Below are positions 10,118 to 20,831 of a stretch of 64,000 bases of DNA, piece by piece (position 1 is the stretch's first letter; every line of letters begins with the position of its first letter). The stretch lies in contig JAGWKL010000009.1 in NCBI GenBank assembly GCA_028865345.1, forward strand, positions 7,382 to 71,381. The letters are read 5' to 3'. The position numbers and the translations under genes were made by a program. Source of the DNA: Candidatus Omnitrophota bacterium (lineage in GTDB: Bacteria; Omnitrophota; Gorgyraeia; Zapsychrales; Fredricksoniimonadaceae). Under the pieces are notes generated by a model. That model made no database searches and was not told where the DNA came from. It was given only the letters and a program-made list of their open reading frames with translations.

Positions 10118-10129
10118 ATCGTATATACT
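10101..10129 (+). promoter_or_regulatory. Putative sigma70 promoter for the riboswitch leader
   Basis: TTGTTT-17-TATACT just upstream of the aptamer. Confidence 0.5.
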
Positions 10130-10140
10130 TACATTTAGGA

Positions 10141-10234
10141 TGCTTGATCGATAATAGCAAACCCCGCGTAAGCGGGGGACGCAAAGCTATAGGGTCCTTT
10201 TGAGGGATAGGACAGCCTGGCCGCCGAAATAAGC
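10141..10234 (+). ncRNA. GEMM-I (c-di-GMP-I family) riboswitch, A20 variant typical of 3',3'-cGAMP (GEMM-Ib) aptamers
   Basis: CGATAATA-GCAAACCCCGC-GTAA-GCGGGGGACGCAAAGC...GGGTCC...GGACAGCC...GCCGAAAT, with a GNRA tetraloop. The base before GCAAA (10156) is A. Confidence 0.92.
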
Positions 10235-10248
10235 TTCGAAGACCACGC

Positions 10249-10292
10249 CCTATTCCTTAAATCAAGCAGTTTAAGGGATAGGTTTTTTATTT
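10249..10292 (+). terminator. Intrinsic terminator (riboswitch expression platform)
   Basis: CCTATTCCTTAAA-loop-TTTAAGGGATAGG followed by TTTTTTATTT. Confidence 0.88.
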
Positions 10293-10319
10293 AATGGGCA
10301 TCCCTGGAGGGAGGGGCGC

Positions 10320-11123
10320 TTGATGAATAAAATACTGATCGTTGATGAAAAAGAAGCCCTTGCCCGCCAAATTGAAGAGCGTCTTTCTTCGACAGGTTTT
10401 GAAATTCTTTATGCGCCGGACGGCCTTTATGGTTTCCAGATGGCCAAGGACAAAACCCCGGATCTGATCATCACCGACGCCTCGATCCCCATGATCAGCG
10501 GTTATGAGTTATGCAAGGCGATCAAGCTTGATAAAGACACCCAATCCATCCCCATCGTGGTCATGACGGAAAAACACCGCATGGAAGAAGCCTTCATGTT
10601 TTTGGGCGTCAAAGATTTTCTGGAAAAGCCCGTTAACATGGATGAATTGGAGAAAGTCGTGAGGAACAAACTCCAATTTTCCAGGATCATGCAATTGCAA
10701 AGGTCCAAGGTCCTGGTGAGCGGCAACCCGGAAGTCCTGTCAGTTTGCGAAAAACTGCTTAAACACGACAAGTATTGGATGGGGTGTTTTTGTGATAATG
10801 GCGATTCCTGTCTGGAATTGGCCGCCAGGTATTCCCCGGATGTCATCCTGGTGGATATCCTCAAGCCGGGCATGACCTCCGATGAGGTGATACGCCAGCT
10901 TAAAACACTGCCGGGACTGAAAAATAGCGTTATTCTGGCCTATTACTCCCTCTCCGGGCAGAACAAGGACTATATTGCCGTCCAGGTCCAAATGATGGAA
11001 GTCCAATACATGAAAATCCTGGCGCTCGAAGCGGGCGCCAAGGAATATCTGGGGGCCTTAAATCCCGATACCTTCCTGAAACTCATCAATATCTACCGCA
11101 GGGAATTTAACTTTATCATTTAA
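10320..11123 (+). CDS. Tandem receiver-domain response regulator with no DNA-binding output
   Basis: First REC has ILIVDE..LIITD..KP. Second REC is degenerate (VILVD). Strong GGAGG RBS. Confidence 0.85.
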   Translation: MMNKILIVDEKEALARQIEERLSSTGFEILYAPDGLYGFQMAKDKTPDLIITDASIPMISGYELCKAIKLDKDTQSIPIVVMTEKHRMEEAFMFLGVKDFLEKPVNMDELEKVVRNKLQFSRIMQLQRSKVLVSGNPEVLSVCEKLLKHDKYWMGCFCDNGDSCLELAARYSPDVILVDILKPGMTSDEVIRQLKTLPGLKNSVILAYYSLSGQNKDYIAVQVQMMEVQYMKILALEAGAKEYLGALNPDTFLKLINIYRREFNFII

Positions 11124-11162
11124 AATTTGCGTGGTTTGGGATATTTTGTTAATATTCCTTTT

Positions 11163-12227
11163 ATGTTAGTTGTTGGTGTAAGCCACAAAACAGCGCCTAT
11201 TGGGGTCCGGGAAAAGTTTTTCTTAAATCCTTCCCAGCAGGACTTGCTCCTGAGTGAACTGAAAAATCATCCCCAGATCACGGAAGGTTTTGTCCTTTCG
11301 ACCTGCAACCGGACCGAGGTCTATCTGAAATGCCTAAATGAGGATGTCGGCCCTTCCTTTGTTGTGGCGCTTATCGCCAAGGTCAAAAAGATCAATTTTG
11401 ATTTTGATACAGGCCTTTATGTTTATTCCTATGAAGGGCCCGGGGCCCTGGACCATCTTTTAAGGGTGGCCTGCGGCCTGGAGTCCATGGTGTTGGGAGA
11501 AAAGCAGATCCTGGGGCAGGTCAAGCTGGCGGTGGAGCGTTCACATGGGGCAGGCACCCTGTCGCGTTATTTCAATATCCTGACCAATGTGGCCATCCGC
11601 GCTGGCAAAAAGGCCCAAAACGAAACCCAAATCAGCCACGGCGGATCTTCCGTTTCCTGGGCGGCCGTGAAAATGGCTGAAAAAGCCCTTGGCGATCTTA
11701 AGGGAAAATCCGTGCTGGTCATCGGCGCCGGAAAAATGGGAGGGATCGCCCTCGAACATCTTCAGGGGCTGGGTGTCAAAAAAATATTTTTAATGAACCG
11801 TACAGGCGAAAAAGCGGAGGCCCTGGCCGCCAAATACAACGGCATCCCGTCTTCTTTTTGGAACATCAGGGAGATTTTAAGCGAAGCGGACGTTTGCTTT
11901 TGCGCCGTGGGCGCCCCGCATTATATTCTCGACAAAGAAAAGATCGCCGATATCGCATCACAGCGCGGCGGGCGATTGCTCGTCTTGATAGACATTTCCA
12001 TGCCGCGCAACATCGACCCTGAAGTCGGGAAGCTTGCGGATGTCCATTTAAGCGCCATTGATGATCTGCAGGTTGTTTTGGACAACAACATGAAAAAACG
12101 CAGCCAGGCCGTGCACCAGGTTGAGGATATTATCCGCCAAAAAATCACCGAGTTCAAAGTCAAGATCGCCAAATTGGAACATACGCCCGGCACCGATTTT
12201 TATGAGCATCGGCGAATGCCCGGCTAG
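11163..12227 (+). CDS. hemA: Glutamyl-tRNA reductase
   Basis: VGVSHKTAP, LSTCNRTE, GEKQILGQV, GAGKMG and DISMPRNID. Start is uncertain (11127 or 11163). Confidence 0.95.
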   Translation: MLVVGVSHKTAPIGVREKFFLNPSQQDLLLSELKNHPQITEGFVLSTCNRTEVYLKCLNEDVGPSFVVALIAKVKKINFDFDTGLYVYSYEGPGALDHLLRVACGLESMVLGEKQILGQVKLAVERSHGAGTLSRYFNILTNVAIRAGKKAQNETQISHGGSSVSWAAVKMAEKALGDLKGKSVLVIGAGKMGGIALEHLQGLGVKKIFLMNRTGEKAEALAAKYNGIPSSFWNIREILSEADVCFCAVGAPHYILDKEKIADIASQRGGRLLVLIDISMPRNIDPEVGKLADVHLSAIDDLQVVLDNNMKKRSQAVHQVEDIIRQKITEFKVKIAKLEHTPGTDFYEHRRMPG

Positions 12228-12258
12228 AGGGCCAATCTAAGGATATCGACAGAACAAT

Positions 12259-12564
12259 ATGACAGCCGGGATCATTTTAACAGTCTGGGGCCTTCTTCTT
12301 ATATTAGGAGGCTTTCTGGGGTTTAAAAAGGGGAGCAAGGTCTCGCTCATTGCGGGCGCCTCATGCGGCATCCTCGTCTTTCTCGGTATTTGGATATTGA
12401 GTTTCGCGCCCAAACCGGGCTGGGTATTTTTGAGTTGTTTGAATTTCTTGTTGTCTTTGAACTTTCTTTCCAGGCTCCTTAAAACCAAAAAATTCATGCC
12501 TTCCGGCATGCTTTTAATTCTCACCCTGGCTGTGTTGATTTTCTGCCTGGCCGGACTTAAGTGA
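12259..12564 (+). CDS. TMEM14-family small membrane protein
   Basis: GGFLGFKKGSKVSLIAG and KKFMPSG. Confidence 0.85.
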   Translation: MTAGIILTVWGLLLILGGFLGFKKGSKVSLIAGASCGILVFLGIWILSFAPKPGWVFLSCLNFLLSLNFLSRLLKTKKFMPSGMLLILTLAVLIFCLAGLK

Positions 12565-12568
12565 ACAC

Positions 12569-12769
12569 ATGCCTAAAAAGCCGGCTGATGAACGCCCCCA
12601 ATTTTTTTTAATGTCACAAGGCTGGAACATCGCCATCGCCATCCTGGTATTGGTGCTGTTAGGCCATTGGATGGACGAAAAATTCCACACCGCGTATCTT
12701 TTTACGGCGGCAGGGGCGCTGTTGGGGGTCTTGTATTCTTTATATGAAATTTGGCGGATGTTGAAATAA
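12569..12769 (+). CDS. AtpZ/AtpI-like ATP synthase accessory protein (ATPase gene 1 family)
   Basis: 66 aa with two TM segments and an LGHWMDEKF motif. Lies upstream of atpB. Confidence 0.8.
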   Translation: MPKKPADERPQFFLMSQGWNIAIAILVLVLLGHWMDEKFHTAYLFTAAGALLGVLYSLYEIWRMLK

Positions 12770-12787
12770 TTTACGTAGTAATACTGA

Positions 12788-12815
12788 TTGCGCAAACTCC
12801 CGAAAGGTTTAGACT
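12788..12815 (+). promoter_or_regulatory. Putative sigma70 promoter driving a short intergenic RNA
   Basis: TTGCGC-16-TAGACT. Confidence 0.5.
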
Positions 12816-12821
12816 AAAAAA

Positions 12822-12915
12822 GTATTCAAGTTCGGCAAAGCTGTCGATCCCAACAGGACAAAGATGCCCTCAGTGTTTCCGCTTTGGCGGCCAGACCCTG
12901 GGGGCCTTTTATTTA
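12822..12915 (+). ncRNA. Candidate structured small RNA or attenuator upstream of atpB
   Basis: Hairpin GGCA/TGCC plus TGTC/GACA overlaps a terminator-like stem GCCCTCAG/CTGGGGGC followed by a T-rich tail. Confidence 0.4.
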
Positions 12916-12945
12916 ATAAAGTTTTAATGTTTTATGGCTAAAAAC

Positions 12946-12974
12946 TTGCGCTGTTTTAACTTATCGTTTATCAT
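12946..12974 (+). promoter_or_regulatory. Putative atpB promoter (near-leaderless)
   Basis: TTGCGC-17-TATCAT, 9 nt before the ATG. No SD sequence. Confidence 0.55.
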
Positions 12975-12983
12975 ATCAACATC

Positions 12984-13748
12984 ATGTTCCCCACATTTAA
13001 TTTAAGCGACTATATCATGCATCACATCGTCAATTCCCATGAGTGGCATATCCCGTTCTTTGGCGCTGTGGGGCTTGGCGGTTTTTTGACCATGCACGCC
13101 TTGATGATGTTCATCGGCACGGCCCTCGTACTGATTTTGTTCCTGGTGCTTTACCGCAAAGACGAACGCGTGCCCGCAGGCCTTACCAATTGCCTGGAGA
13201 TGTTTGTGGTTTTTATCCGCGATGAAGTCGCCATCCCGAGCCTCGGGGAAAAAGACGGTCTGTTGTTCACCCCGATGCTATGCACGCTTTTTTTCTTTAT
13301 TTTGGTCCTTAATCTCCTTGGACTTATCCCGCTTTTCGAACCTGCTACGGCCAACATCAATGTGACAGGGCCGCTGGCCTATCTTATCCTGGTTTTGATG
13401 GTTGTCGGCACTCTTGTACGCAACGGTCCCAAAGGCATATGGCATGCCATGATCCCCTCGACCTTGCCCAAGCTTCTTATCCCTTTTTTTTTGGTCACGG
13501 AGGTCGTGAGCATATTAGTGCGCACCGTCGCCCTGGCGATACGGCTTTTCGCGAACATGATAGCCGGCCACATGGTGATTTTGTCTTTTCTGGGACTGGT
13601 GGTCCTGTTCGGCTGGTGGGCCATGCTGGCCCCGGTGGTTGCCGTATTTTTTTACTGCCTGGACATTTTTGTGGCCTTTTTGCAGGCTTATATATTTATT
13701 TTGCTGTCTGCCGTATTTATCGGGCAAATGTACCATCCGGAACATTGA
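12984..13748 (+). CDS. atpB: F0F1 ATP synthase subunit a
   Basis: LAIRLFANMIAGH and FLQAYIF. Confidence 0.97.
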   Translation: MFPTFNLSDYIMHHIVNSHEWHIPFFGAVGLGGFLTMHALMMFIGTALVLILFLVLYRKDERVPAGLTNCLEMFVVFIRDEVAIPSLGEKDGLLFTPMLCTLFFFILVLNLLGLIPLFEPATANINVTGPLAYLILVLMVVGTLVRNGPKGIWHAMIPSTLPKLLIPFFLVTEVVSILVRTVALAIRLFANMIAGHMVILSFLGLVVLFGWWAMLAPVVAVFFYCLDIFVAFLQAYIFILLSAVFIGQMYHPEH

Positions 13749-13853
13749 AACGGGGTTTAAACACAGCATAAGAAAGGTCGCTTCTCTGAATAAAATTAAG
13801 GTAGCGGCACAAACCGGGAATTAAATTTATTAACCTTAAGGGAGGAAGTTTTT

Positions 13854-14084
13854 ATGAATCCACAATTATTGCATTTAGGGGAGATTTCCGCAGGGGCGGG
13901 TCTCGGGCTTTCCGCCGTCGGTGCGGGTATCGGGGTGGGACTTATCTTTGCGGCAGCCATCCAGGCCATCGCCCGCCAGCCGGAATTGACCAATAAATTG
14001 CAGACCCTGATGTTCATCGGCGCAGCCATTGTCGAAGGGGTGGCGTTTTTCTGCGCCATTATTTGTTTTTTAGCCATCAAATAA
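13854..14084 (+). CDS. atpE: ATP synthase subunit c (H+-type)
   Basis: GAGIGVG, ARQPE loop and carboxylate in IVEGV. No Q...ES/T Na+ signature. Confidence 0.97.
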   Translation: MNPQLLHLGEISAGAGLGLSAVGAGIGVGLIFAAAIQAIARQPELTNKLQTLMFIGAAIVEGVAFFCAIICFLAIK

Positions 14085-14093
14085 AGGTCCATT

Positions 14094-14636
14094 ATGTCCG
14101 ATACCACCGCGCATACACAAGCCCCTTCGGGCGGCCACCAGCAGACGGGGATCCTGACGCCGGATGCGACCCTGTTGACCTTGACCTGGGTGACCTTTTT
14201 TGTGCTGATGTTCATCCTGCATAAATTCGCCTGGAAACCCATACTTGCCGGCCTTAAAAAACGCGAAGATTACATCCGCAAGTCCGTTGAAGATGCGGAC
14301 AAGATCACCCGGCAGCTGGCCGAGATTGAACAAGACAAGACCAAGATACTTAACGAGGCCAAGGATAAGGCCAATGCCATCATCGAACAGTCCCGCAAGA
14401 TGAGCCATGAGATGGCCATGCATGTTGAGGCCGGCGCCAAAAAGAACGCCGAGGAGATCATCAACAGCGCCCGTCAGGAACTGGCCGGGGAGCGCGAGCG
14501 CGTCCTGGTCGCTTTGAAAAAAGAGAGCGTCCAGGCGGCCGTGTCTTTGTCTGAAAAGATCCTCAAGGAAAATCTCGATACCGAAAAGAACCGGAAATTG
14601 ATCAACGACGCCATTAAGGACATTGAACCGTCATGA
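14094..14636 (+). CDS. atpF: ATP synthase subunit b
   Basis: N-terminal TM segment, KFAWKPI...KREDYI, then a coiled coil. Confidence 0.93.
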   Translation: MSDTTAHTQAPSGGHQQTGILTPDATLLTLTWVTFFVLMFILHKFAWKPILAGLKKREDYIRKSVEDADKITRQLAEIEQDKTKILNEAKDKANAIIEQSRKMSHEMAMHVEAGAKKNAEEIINSARQELAGERERVLVALKKESVQAAVSLSEKILKENLDTEKNRKLINDAIKDIEPS

Positions 14637-15154
14637 GCCGGACTGCTGACCGTTATGCCAAAGCCATTTTTGAATTGGCCCGGGAACAAAACATCCTTGA
14701 AGCTGTGCAGGAATCCATGACTGAGATAAGAACGCTTATCATCACCTTGGAGGGTTTCCGGAGGTTTTTGGGCAATCCCTTGCTTTCTTACGAGGAACGC
14801 CGCGCTGTCCTGACCAGCCTCTTCGAGGGAAAAATCCCCGAGTTGGCCTTAAGGGCCCTTTTATTCATCACGTATAAGAACCGTTTGCCCATCTTGAGGG
14901 ACATCATCGAATCTTTTGACAGCTTATACCTGGCCGGCACCGGCACGATCAGGGCCTATATCAGGACGGCATTGCCCATTACGGACCAGGACAAAGCCTT
15001 GATCGACGGGCAGCTGCATGATAAATTCCGCCAACGGATGCTGACCCGCTGGTCCGTGGACGGCTCGCTCATAGGGGGCTTTAGGATTTTTATTCAAGGA
15101 GTCATTTACGATTATAGTTTTAAGAACCAGTTGAACCATTTCTTGCAACTATAG
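14633..15154 (+). CDS. atpH: ATP synthase subunit delta
   Basis: ADRYAKAIFELA, LIGG and YDYS, plus operon position. Confidence 0.93.
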   Translation: MSRTADRYAKAIFELAREQNILEAVQESMTEIRTLIITLEGFRRFLGNPLLSYEERRAVLTSLFEGKIPELALRALLFITYKNRLPILRDIIESFDSLYLAGTGTIRAYIRTALPITDQDKALIDGQLHDKFRQRMLTRWSVDGSLIGGFRIFIQGVIYDYSFKNQLNHFLQL

Positions 15155-15208
15155 GAACAAAGCGCAGCATAAAGTAAACCTTACAACAACCCCTAACAGA
15201 GAGTTCAT

Positions 15209-16723
15209 ATGCCTCAACAATTGAATCCCGATGAAATATCCGCCATCCTCAAACAGCAATTAAGCCATTTTACAGCCAAGGTGGAGACCTTTGAGGTGGG
15301 CACCGTGCTTAATGTCGGTGACGGCATCGCGCGTGTCTACGGCCTTTCCAATGTCATGGCCGGTGAGATCGTGCAATTTACCAACGGCATCAAGGGCCTG
15401 GCGCTTAATCTGGAAGAAAGCAATGTGGGTGTGGCCATTTTCGGATCGGACGCCGATATTAAGGAAGGCGATGAGGTCAGGCGCACGGGCAAAATTGCCT
15501 CCGTGCCTGCGGGGGACGGTCTTTTGGGCCGCATTGTGGATGCTCTGGGGGCTGCGGTTGACGGCAAACCGGCTTTCACTTCCAATGTCCTGCAGCCCAT
15601 TGAAGTCAAGGCTCCCGGCATCATCGACCGCAAGAACGTGCATGAGCCATTGCAGACCGGCATCAAGGTCATTGATGCCTTGACGCCCATCGGCCGCGGC
15701 CAGCGCGAATTGATCATCGGGGACCGTAAAACGGGCAAGACCACTCTTGCCGTCGATACCATCATCAATCAAAAGGGCAAGGGCGTGTATTGCTTTTACG
15801 TGGCCATCGGCCAGAAAAGATCGACGGTGGTCCAGGTCTTTGAGACGTTGCGCAAATTCGGGGCCATGGACTACACGACCATCGTGGCAGCCACGGCTTC
15901 CGACCCCGCACCCATGCAATTTTTAGCGCCATATGCCGGCTGCGCCATGGCAGAGTATTACCGGGACAACGGTAAACATGCGTTGATCATCTACGACGAT
16001 TTGACCAAACACGCCCAGTCCTACCGCCAGCTTTCGCTCTTGTTGCGGCGTCCGCCGGGCCGTGAAGCTTATCCCGGCGATATTTTCTATCTTCACAGCC
16101 GCCTCCTGGAGCGCGCGGCCAAATTGTCCGACAAAAAAGGGGCAGGTTCCCTGACGGCCCTGCCGGTCATCGAGACCCAGGCCGGGGACGTGTCCGCCTA
16201 TATCCCCACCAATGTCATTTCCATTACCGACGGCCAGATTTTCCTGGAAGGCGACCTTTTCAATGCCGGCCAGCGCCCGGCCATCAATGCAGGGCTTTCG
16301 GTGTCACGTGTGGGCGGTGATGCCCAGGTCAAGGCCATGAAGCAGACCGCGGGGTCCCTGCGCCTGGAACTGGCCCAGTACCGGGAGCTCGCGGCATTTT
16401 CGCAATTTGCCTCAGACTTAGACCAGGCCACCCGCAAACAGCTCGACCGCGGCAGGAGATTGATGGAGATCATCAAGCAGGGCATCCATGTGCCGTTGCC
16501 GGTCGTTAAACAAGTCGCCATCATTTTTGCCGGGACAAACGGATTTCTGGACGATGTCCCGGCCAACAGGGTGTGCGATTTTGAAGAATTCCTCTCTGCC
16601 CAAATAGACACCCAATACCATGACTTTGTGCAGTTGTTCAATAAAACCATGACCATGACCGATGAAATCAAAGCGGCATTAAAGAAATTATTGGAAGAAG
16701 TTAAATCGTCATTTAAAATATGA
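15209..16723 (+). CDS. atpA: ATP synthase subunit alpha
   Basis: GDRKTGKT Walker A and [12 protein letters not shown]. Confidence 0.99.
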   Translation: MPQQLNPDEISAILKQQLSHFTAKVETFEVGTVLNVGDGIARVYGLSNVMAGEIVQFTNGIKGLALNLEESNVGVAIFGSDADIKEGDEVRRTGKIASVPAGDGLLGRIVDALGAAVDGKPAFTSNVLQPIEVKAPGIIDRKNVHEPLQTGIKVIDALTPIGRGQRELIIGDRKTGKTTLAVDTIINQKGKGVYCFYVAIGQKRSTVVQVFETLRKFGAMDYTTIVAATASDPAPMQFLAPYAGCAMAEYYRDNGKHALIIYDDLTKHAQSYRQLSLLLRRPPGREAYPGDIFYLHSRLLERAAKLSDKKGAGSLTALPVIETQAGDVSAYIPTNVISITDGQIFLEGDLFNAGQRPAINAGLSVSRVGGDAQVKAMKQTAGSLRLELAQYRELAAFSQFASDLDQATRKQLDRGRRLMEIIKQGIHVPLPVVKQVAIIFAGTNGFLDDVPANRVCDFEEFLSAQIDTQYHDFVQLFNKTMTMTDEIKAALKKLLEEVKSSFKI

Positions 16724-17604
16724 TCGGCATCAGAGAATTCAATAAAAAAATAGCCTCGCTGAAAAACACCCGCAAGATGACCAAGACGATGAAGATGGTC
16801 TCTGCCAGTAAATTCAAGCGGGCGCACAAGGCACAAGAGAGCGCGCAGGATTACGCCCAGAAACTGGGCAAATTAATGGAAAGCCTCTCCGGCGCAGGCC
16901 CCACCAACCATCCCTTGCTCAAAACCAAAAGGGCGGTCACCCGCAGTTTGATCGTTTTATTTACCTCCGACAAAGGCTTATGCGGGGGGTTCAATAATAA
17001 TTTGATCCGAAAAACCCGGCACTGGATCTCGGACAATCCCTATAAGTACACCGTTATCGGGATGAGCTTTTGCGGCCGGCGCGGCTATATGGCTTTCCGC
17101 CGCAGTGCTAAAATCAGCAAATATTATGAGAACATCACGGCCAAGCCGGAATTTGAAGGGGCCTTGAAGGTGGCGCAGGAAATTACGGATTCCTTTATCA
17201 ACAGCGAGTATGAAGAGATTTATCTGGCTTATAACCGTTTCGATGGGGCCATGACCCAGACCCCGGTGATCGAAAAGATCCTGCCATTGGATGCGTCTGT
17301 TTTCAGCAAATCCGAGGCCCCCCTGAAATCCAAAGGGCCGCGATCGATGGATTATACGTATGAACCCGAAGAAAAGGAGATCCTGTATTTTTTGATACCG
17401 AAATTCCTGAACTTTAAGATTTTTTATACGTTACTGGAAAATGCGGCCGGGGAACACGGGGCGCGCATGACCGCCATGGACAAGGCTTCCCAGAATACCG
17501 GCGAACTCATCGACCGCTATACGCTCTTGCGCAACCGCGCCAGGCAGGCGGCGATCACGAATGAATTGATCGAGATCATTTCAGGAGCGGAAGCTCTCAA
17601 ATAA
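16720..17604 (+). CDS. atpG: ATP synthase subunit gamma
   Basis: [11 protein letters not shown] and [16 protein letters not shown]. Confidence 0.98.
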   Translation: MIGIREFNKKIASLKNTRKMTKTMKMVSASKFKRAHKAQESAQDYAQKLGKLMESLSGAGPTNHPLLKTKRAVTRSLIVLFTSDKGLCGGFNNNLIRKTRHWISDNPYKYTVIGMSFCGRRGYMAFRRSAKISKYYENITAKPEFEGALKVAQEITDSFINSEYEEIYLAYNRFDGAMTQTPVIEKILPLDASVFSKSEAPLKSKGPRSMDYTYEPEEKEILYFLIPKFLNFKIFYTLLENAAGEHGARMTAMDKASQNTGELIDRYTLLRNRARQAAITNELIEIISGAEALK

Positions 17605-19035
<1,431 letters not shown>

Positions 19036-19039
19036 TATT

Positions 19040-19300
19040 ATGAGCTTTAAACTGTCCATAGTCGCGCCCAGCGGCAAAATTTTTGAGAACACGGTCGATT
19101 CTGTTGCGCTTCCCGGCGCCGAAGGCGCATTTGAAGTCTACAGCATGCACACGCCCCTCATATCGACTTTAAAAGCAGGGCGCGCCCGGGTGCGCCGCGG
19201 GGACAAAGAAACCGCTTATGAGATCACCAGCGGTATCCTCGAAGTCGACCTCGAACACAACGTGACCTTATTGGCCGATCAGGCCACACCGGTTCAATGA
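19040..19300 (+). CDS. atpC: ATP synthase subunit epsilon (short, N-terminal domain only)
   Basis: ATG at 19040. LSIVAPSG...LPGAEG...HTPLIS; 86 aa. Confidence 0.92.
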   Translation: MSFKLSIVAPSGKIFENTVDSVALPGAEGAFEVYSMHTPLISTLKAGRARVRRGDKETAYEITSGILEVDLEHNVTLLADQATPVQ

Positions 19301-19848
19301 AGAAGCTCAGCGAGAAAGTGCTTTATGAAGGCCAGTGGCTTGCCGTGCATCAAACGGTCTACCGGACCAAACACGGCCTGCAATTGACCTGGGAAACGGT
19401 CCACCGCCGCCGTTCGACCGTGGGGGTCGTGGTTGTTGCCAGGCTCATGCCTTCCGGGCGTTTTATCCTCATCAAACAGTACCGTCCGGCCATCGACGGA
19501 TACATCATTTCCTTTCCGGCAGGGCTTGGGCAAAATGATCCCAACCATGCCCTGGTGGAATTAAAAGAAGAGACCGGTTATACGGGAACGATCAAGGTTG
19601 TCAGCCCCGTGGTAAAAACCGGATCATCGATGATCAATGATAATGCCAGGATCGTTTATGTCGAAGTCGACGAGTATGCGCCGGCCAACCAAAACCCCGT
19701 GCAAACCCTGGAGGATGCCGAAGACATCGAAGTCTGCCTGGTGGCCAAAGATGACGCCGAAAACTTCCTGCTCAAGCAGATAGAACAGGGTATAAGCGTG
19801 TCGGCCAATTTGTGGTACGTTTTTGGTATGGGACAATGGATAGTTTAG
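19297..19848 (+). CDS. NUDIX hydrolase (ADP-ribose pyrophosphatase-like)
   Basis: KQYRPAID..FPAGL...ELKEETGY Nudix box. Confidence 0.88.
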   Translation: MKKLSEKVLYEGQWLAVHQTVYRTKHGLQLTWETVHRRRSTVGVVVVARLMPSGRFILIKQYRPAIDGYIISFPAGLGQNDPNHALVELKEETGYTGTIKVVSPVVKTGSSMINDNARIVYVEVDEYAPANQNPVQTLEDAEDIEVCLVAKDDAENFLLKQIEQGISVSANLWYVFGMGQWIV

Positions 19849-19863
19849 AAAAGGAAAAAAACA

Positions 19864-20562
19864 ATGAAAACAATATTGGTATTTATTTTCAGCCTCTGCC
19901 TTGCCACCTGTGCTTTTGCCGATGGCTCCATTACGGGTACGGTCAAATATGAAGGGATGGTTCCCCCTAAAAGATTTATCCCCATGGAGGCCGACCCGGT
20001 CTGTTACGCGATCCATAAGGGCAATATTTATTTGCCGTCGCTTCTATTAGGGAAGGGCAACACCCTGGGCAATACGTTCGTGTTCATCAAAAGCGGCCTT
20101 AAGCAAAGCGTTTATCCGCCTCCGGCAAGGCCCGCGGTCATCAGTCAGGCGGGATGCGACTATCATCCCCATGTCATCGGGGTCATGGCAGGGCAGAAGG
20201 TCGAGTTCCTCAATCCTGACGGGACCCTGCACAATGTGCATGCCATGTGCAGGATCAATCCGCAATTCAACGCTTCCATGCCGCCTTTCCGCAAGGAAAT
20301 GGAAGTGACGTTTAAAAAACCGGAATTCATGTTCCCCGTTCAGTGCGACGTGCATCCATGGATGCGGGCATGGATGGCGGTGATGCCGGACCCGTTCTTT
20401 GCCGTGACGGGACAGGACGGCAAATTTGTGATCAAAAACGTGCCCGACGGCACCTACGTCGTTGAGGCCTGGCATGAAAGGCTGGGCACAAAAACAGCGA
20501 CAGTAAAGGTGGGGGGCAACTCCTCGCAAAAGATAGATTTTACTTTTTCCGAGACCAATTAG
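19864..20562 (+). CDS. Exported cupredoxin-like / carboxypeptidase-regulatory-like domain protein
   Basis: Signal peptide. HNVH...CDVHPWM type-1 Cu-like ligands. GTYVVEAWHE. Confidence 0.75.
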   Translation: MKTILVFIFSLCLATCAFADGSITGTVKYEGMVPPKRFIPMEADPVCYAIHKGNIYLPSLLLGKGNTLGNTFVFIKSGLKQSVYPPPARPAVISQAGCDYHPHVIGVMAGQKVEFLNPDGTLHNVHAMCRINPQFNASMPPFRKEMEVTFKKPEFMFPVQCDVHPWMRAWMAVMPDPFFAVTGQDGKFVIKNVPDGTYVVEAWHERLGTKTATVKVGGNSSQKIDFTFSETN

Positions 20563-20591
20563 TGTTAAAATATTTCTAATTAGGGGGTTTT

Positions 20592-20768
20592 ATGGGAATT
20601 AAGAATATTCACGTGCTTCTTATTGTTATTTCCATCCTGTTGTCCGTTGGTTTCGGATTTTGGGCGGTTTTCCATAACTATGCCGTATGGGGATATCTTT
20701 CGTTCATCATTGCAGCCGTTTTGATTGTTTACTGTGTTCAATTTATTAAAAAAATGAAAACTTTATGA
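20592..20768 (+). CDS. Small two-TM membrane protein (58 aa), below the ORF-track cutoff
   Basis: MGIKNIHVLLIVISILLSVGFGFWAV...KKMKTL, with AGGGGG RBS upstream. Confidence 0.7.
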   Translation: MGIKNIHVLLIVISILLSVGFGFWAVFHNYAVWGYLSFIIAAVLIVYCVQFIKKMKTL

Positions 20769-20831
20769 TAAGAAAAATAGCGTCCGACTGCCCCGCCCGC
20801 AGCTTTCGCGAACCGCTATCAGAGAGTTGAT

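Noticed and set aside
12792-12815. GCAAACTCCCGAAAGGTTT resembling a second GEMM riboswitch
   Set aside because: It lacks the following GACGCAAAGC and the P3 stem, and is better explained as a promoter spacer.
12822-12915. SRP RNA or guanidine-III riboswitch identity for the short RNA
   Set aside because: There is no SRP CAGG-GNRA-AGCAG motif. CAGGACAA resembles guanidine-III, but its P1 and pseudoknot pairings are absent.
13854-14084. Na+-translocating ATP synthase
   Set aside because: The c subunit has EG rather than ES/T and lacks the upstream Gln.
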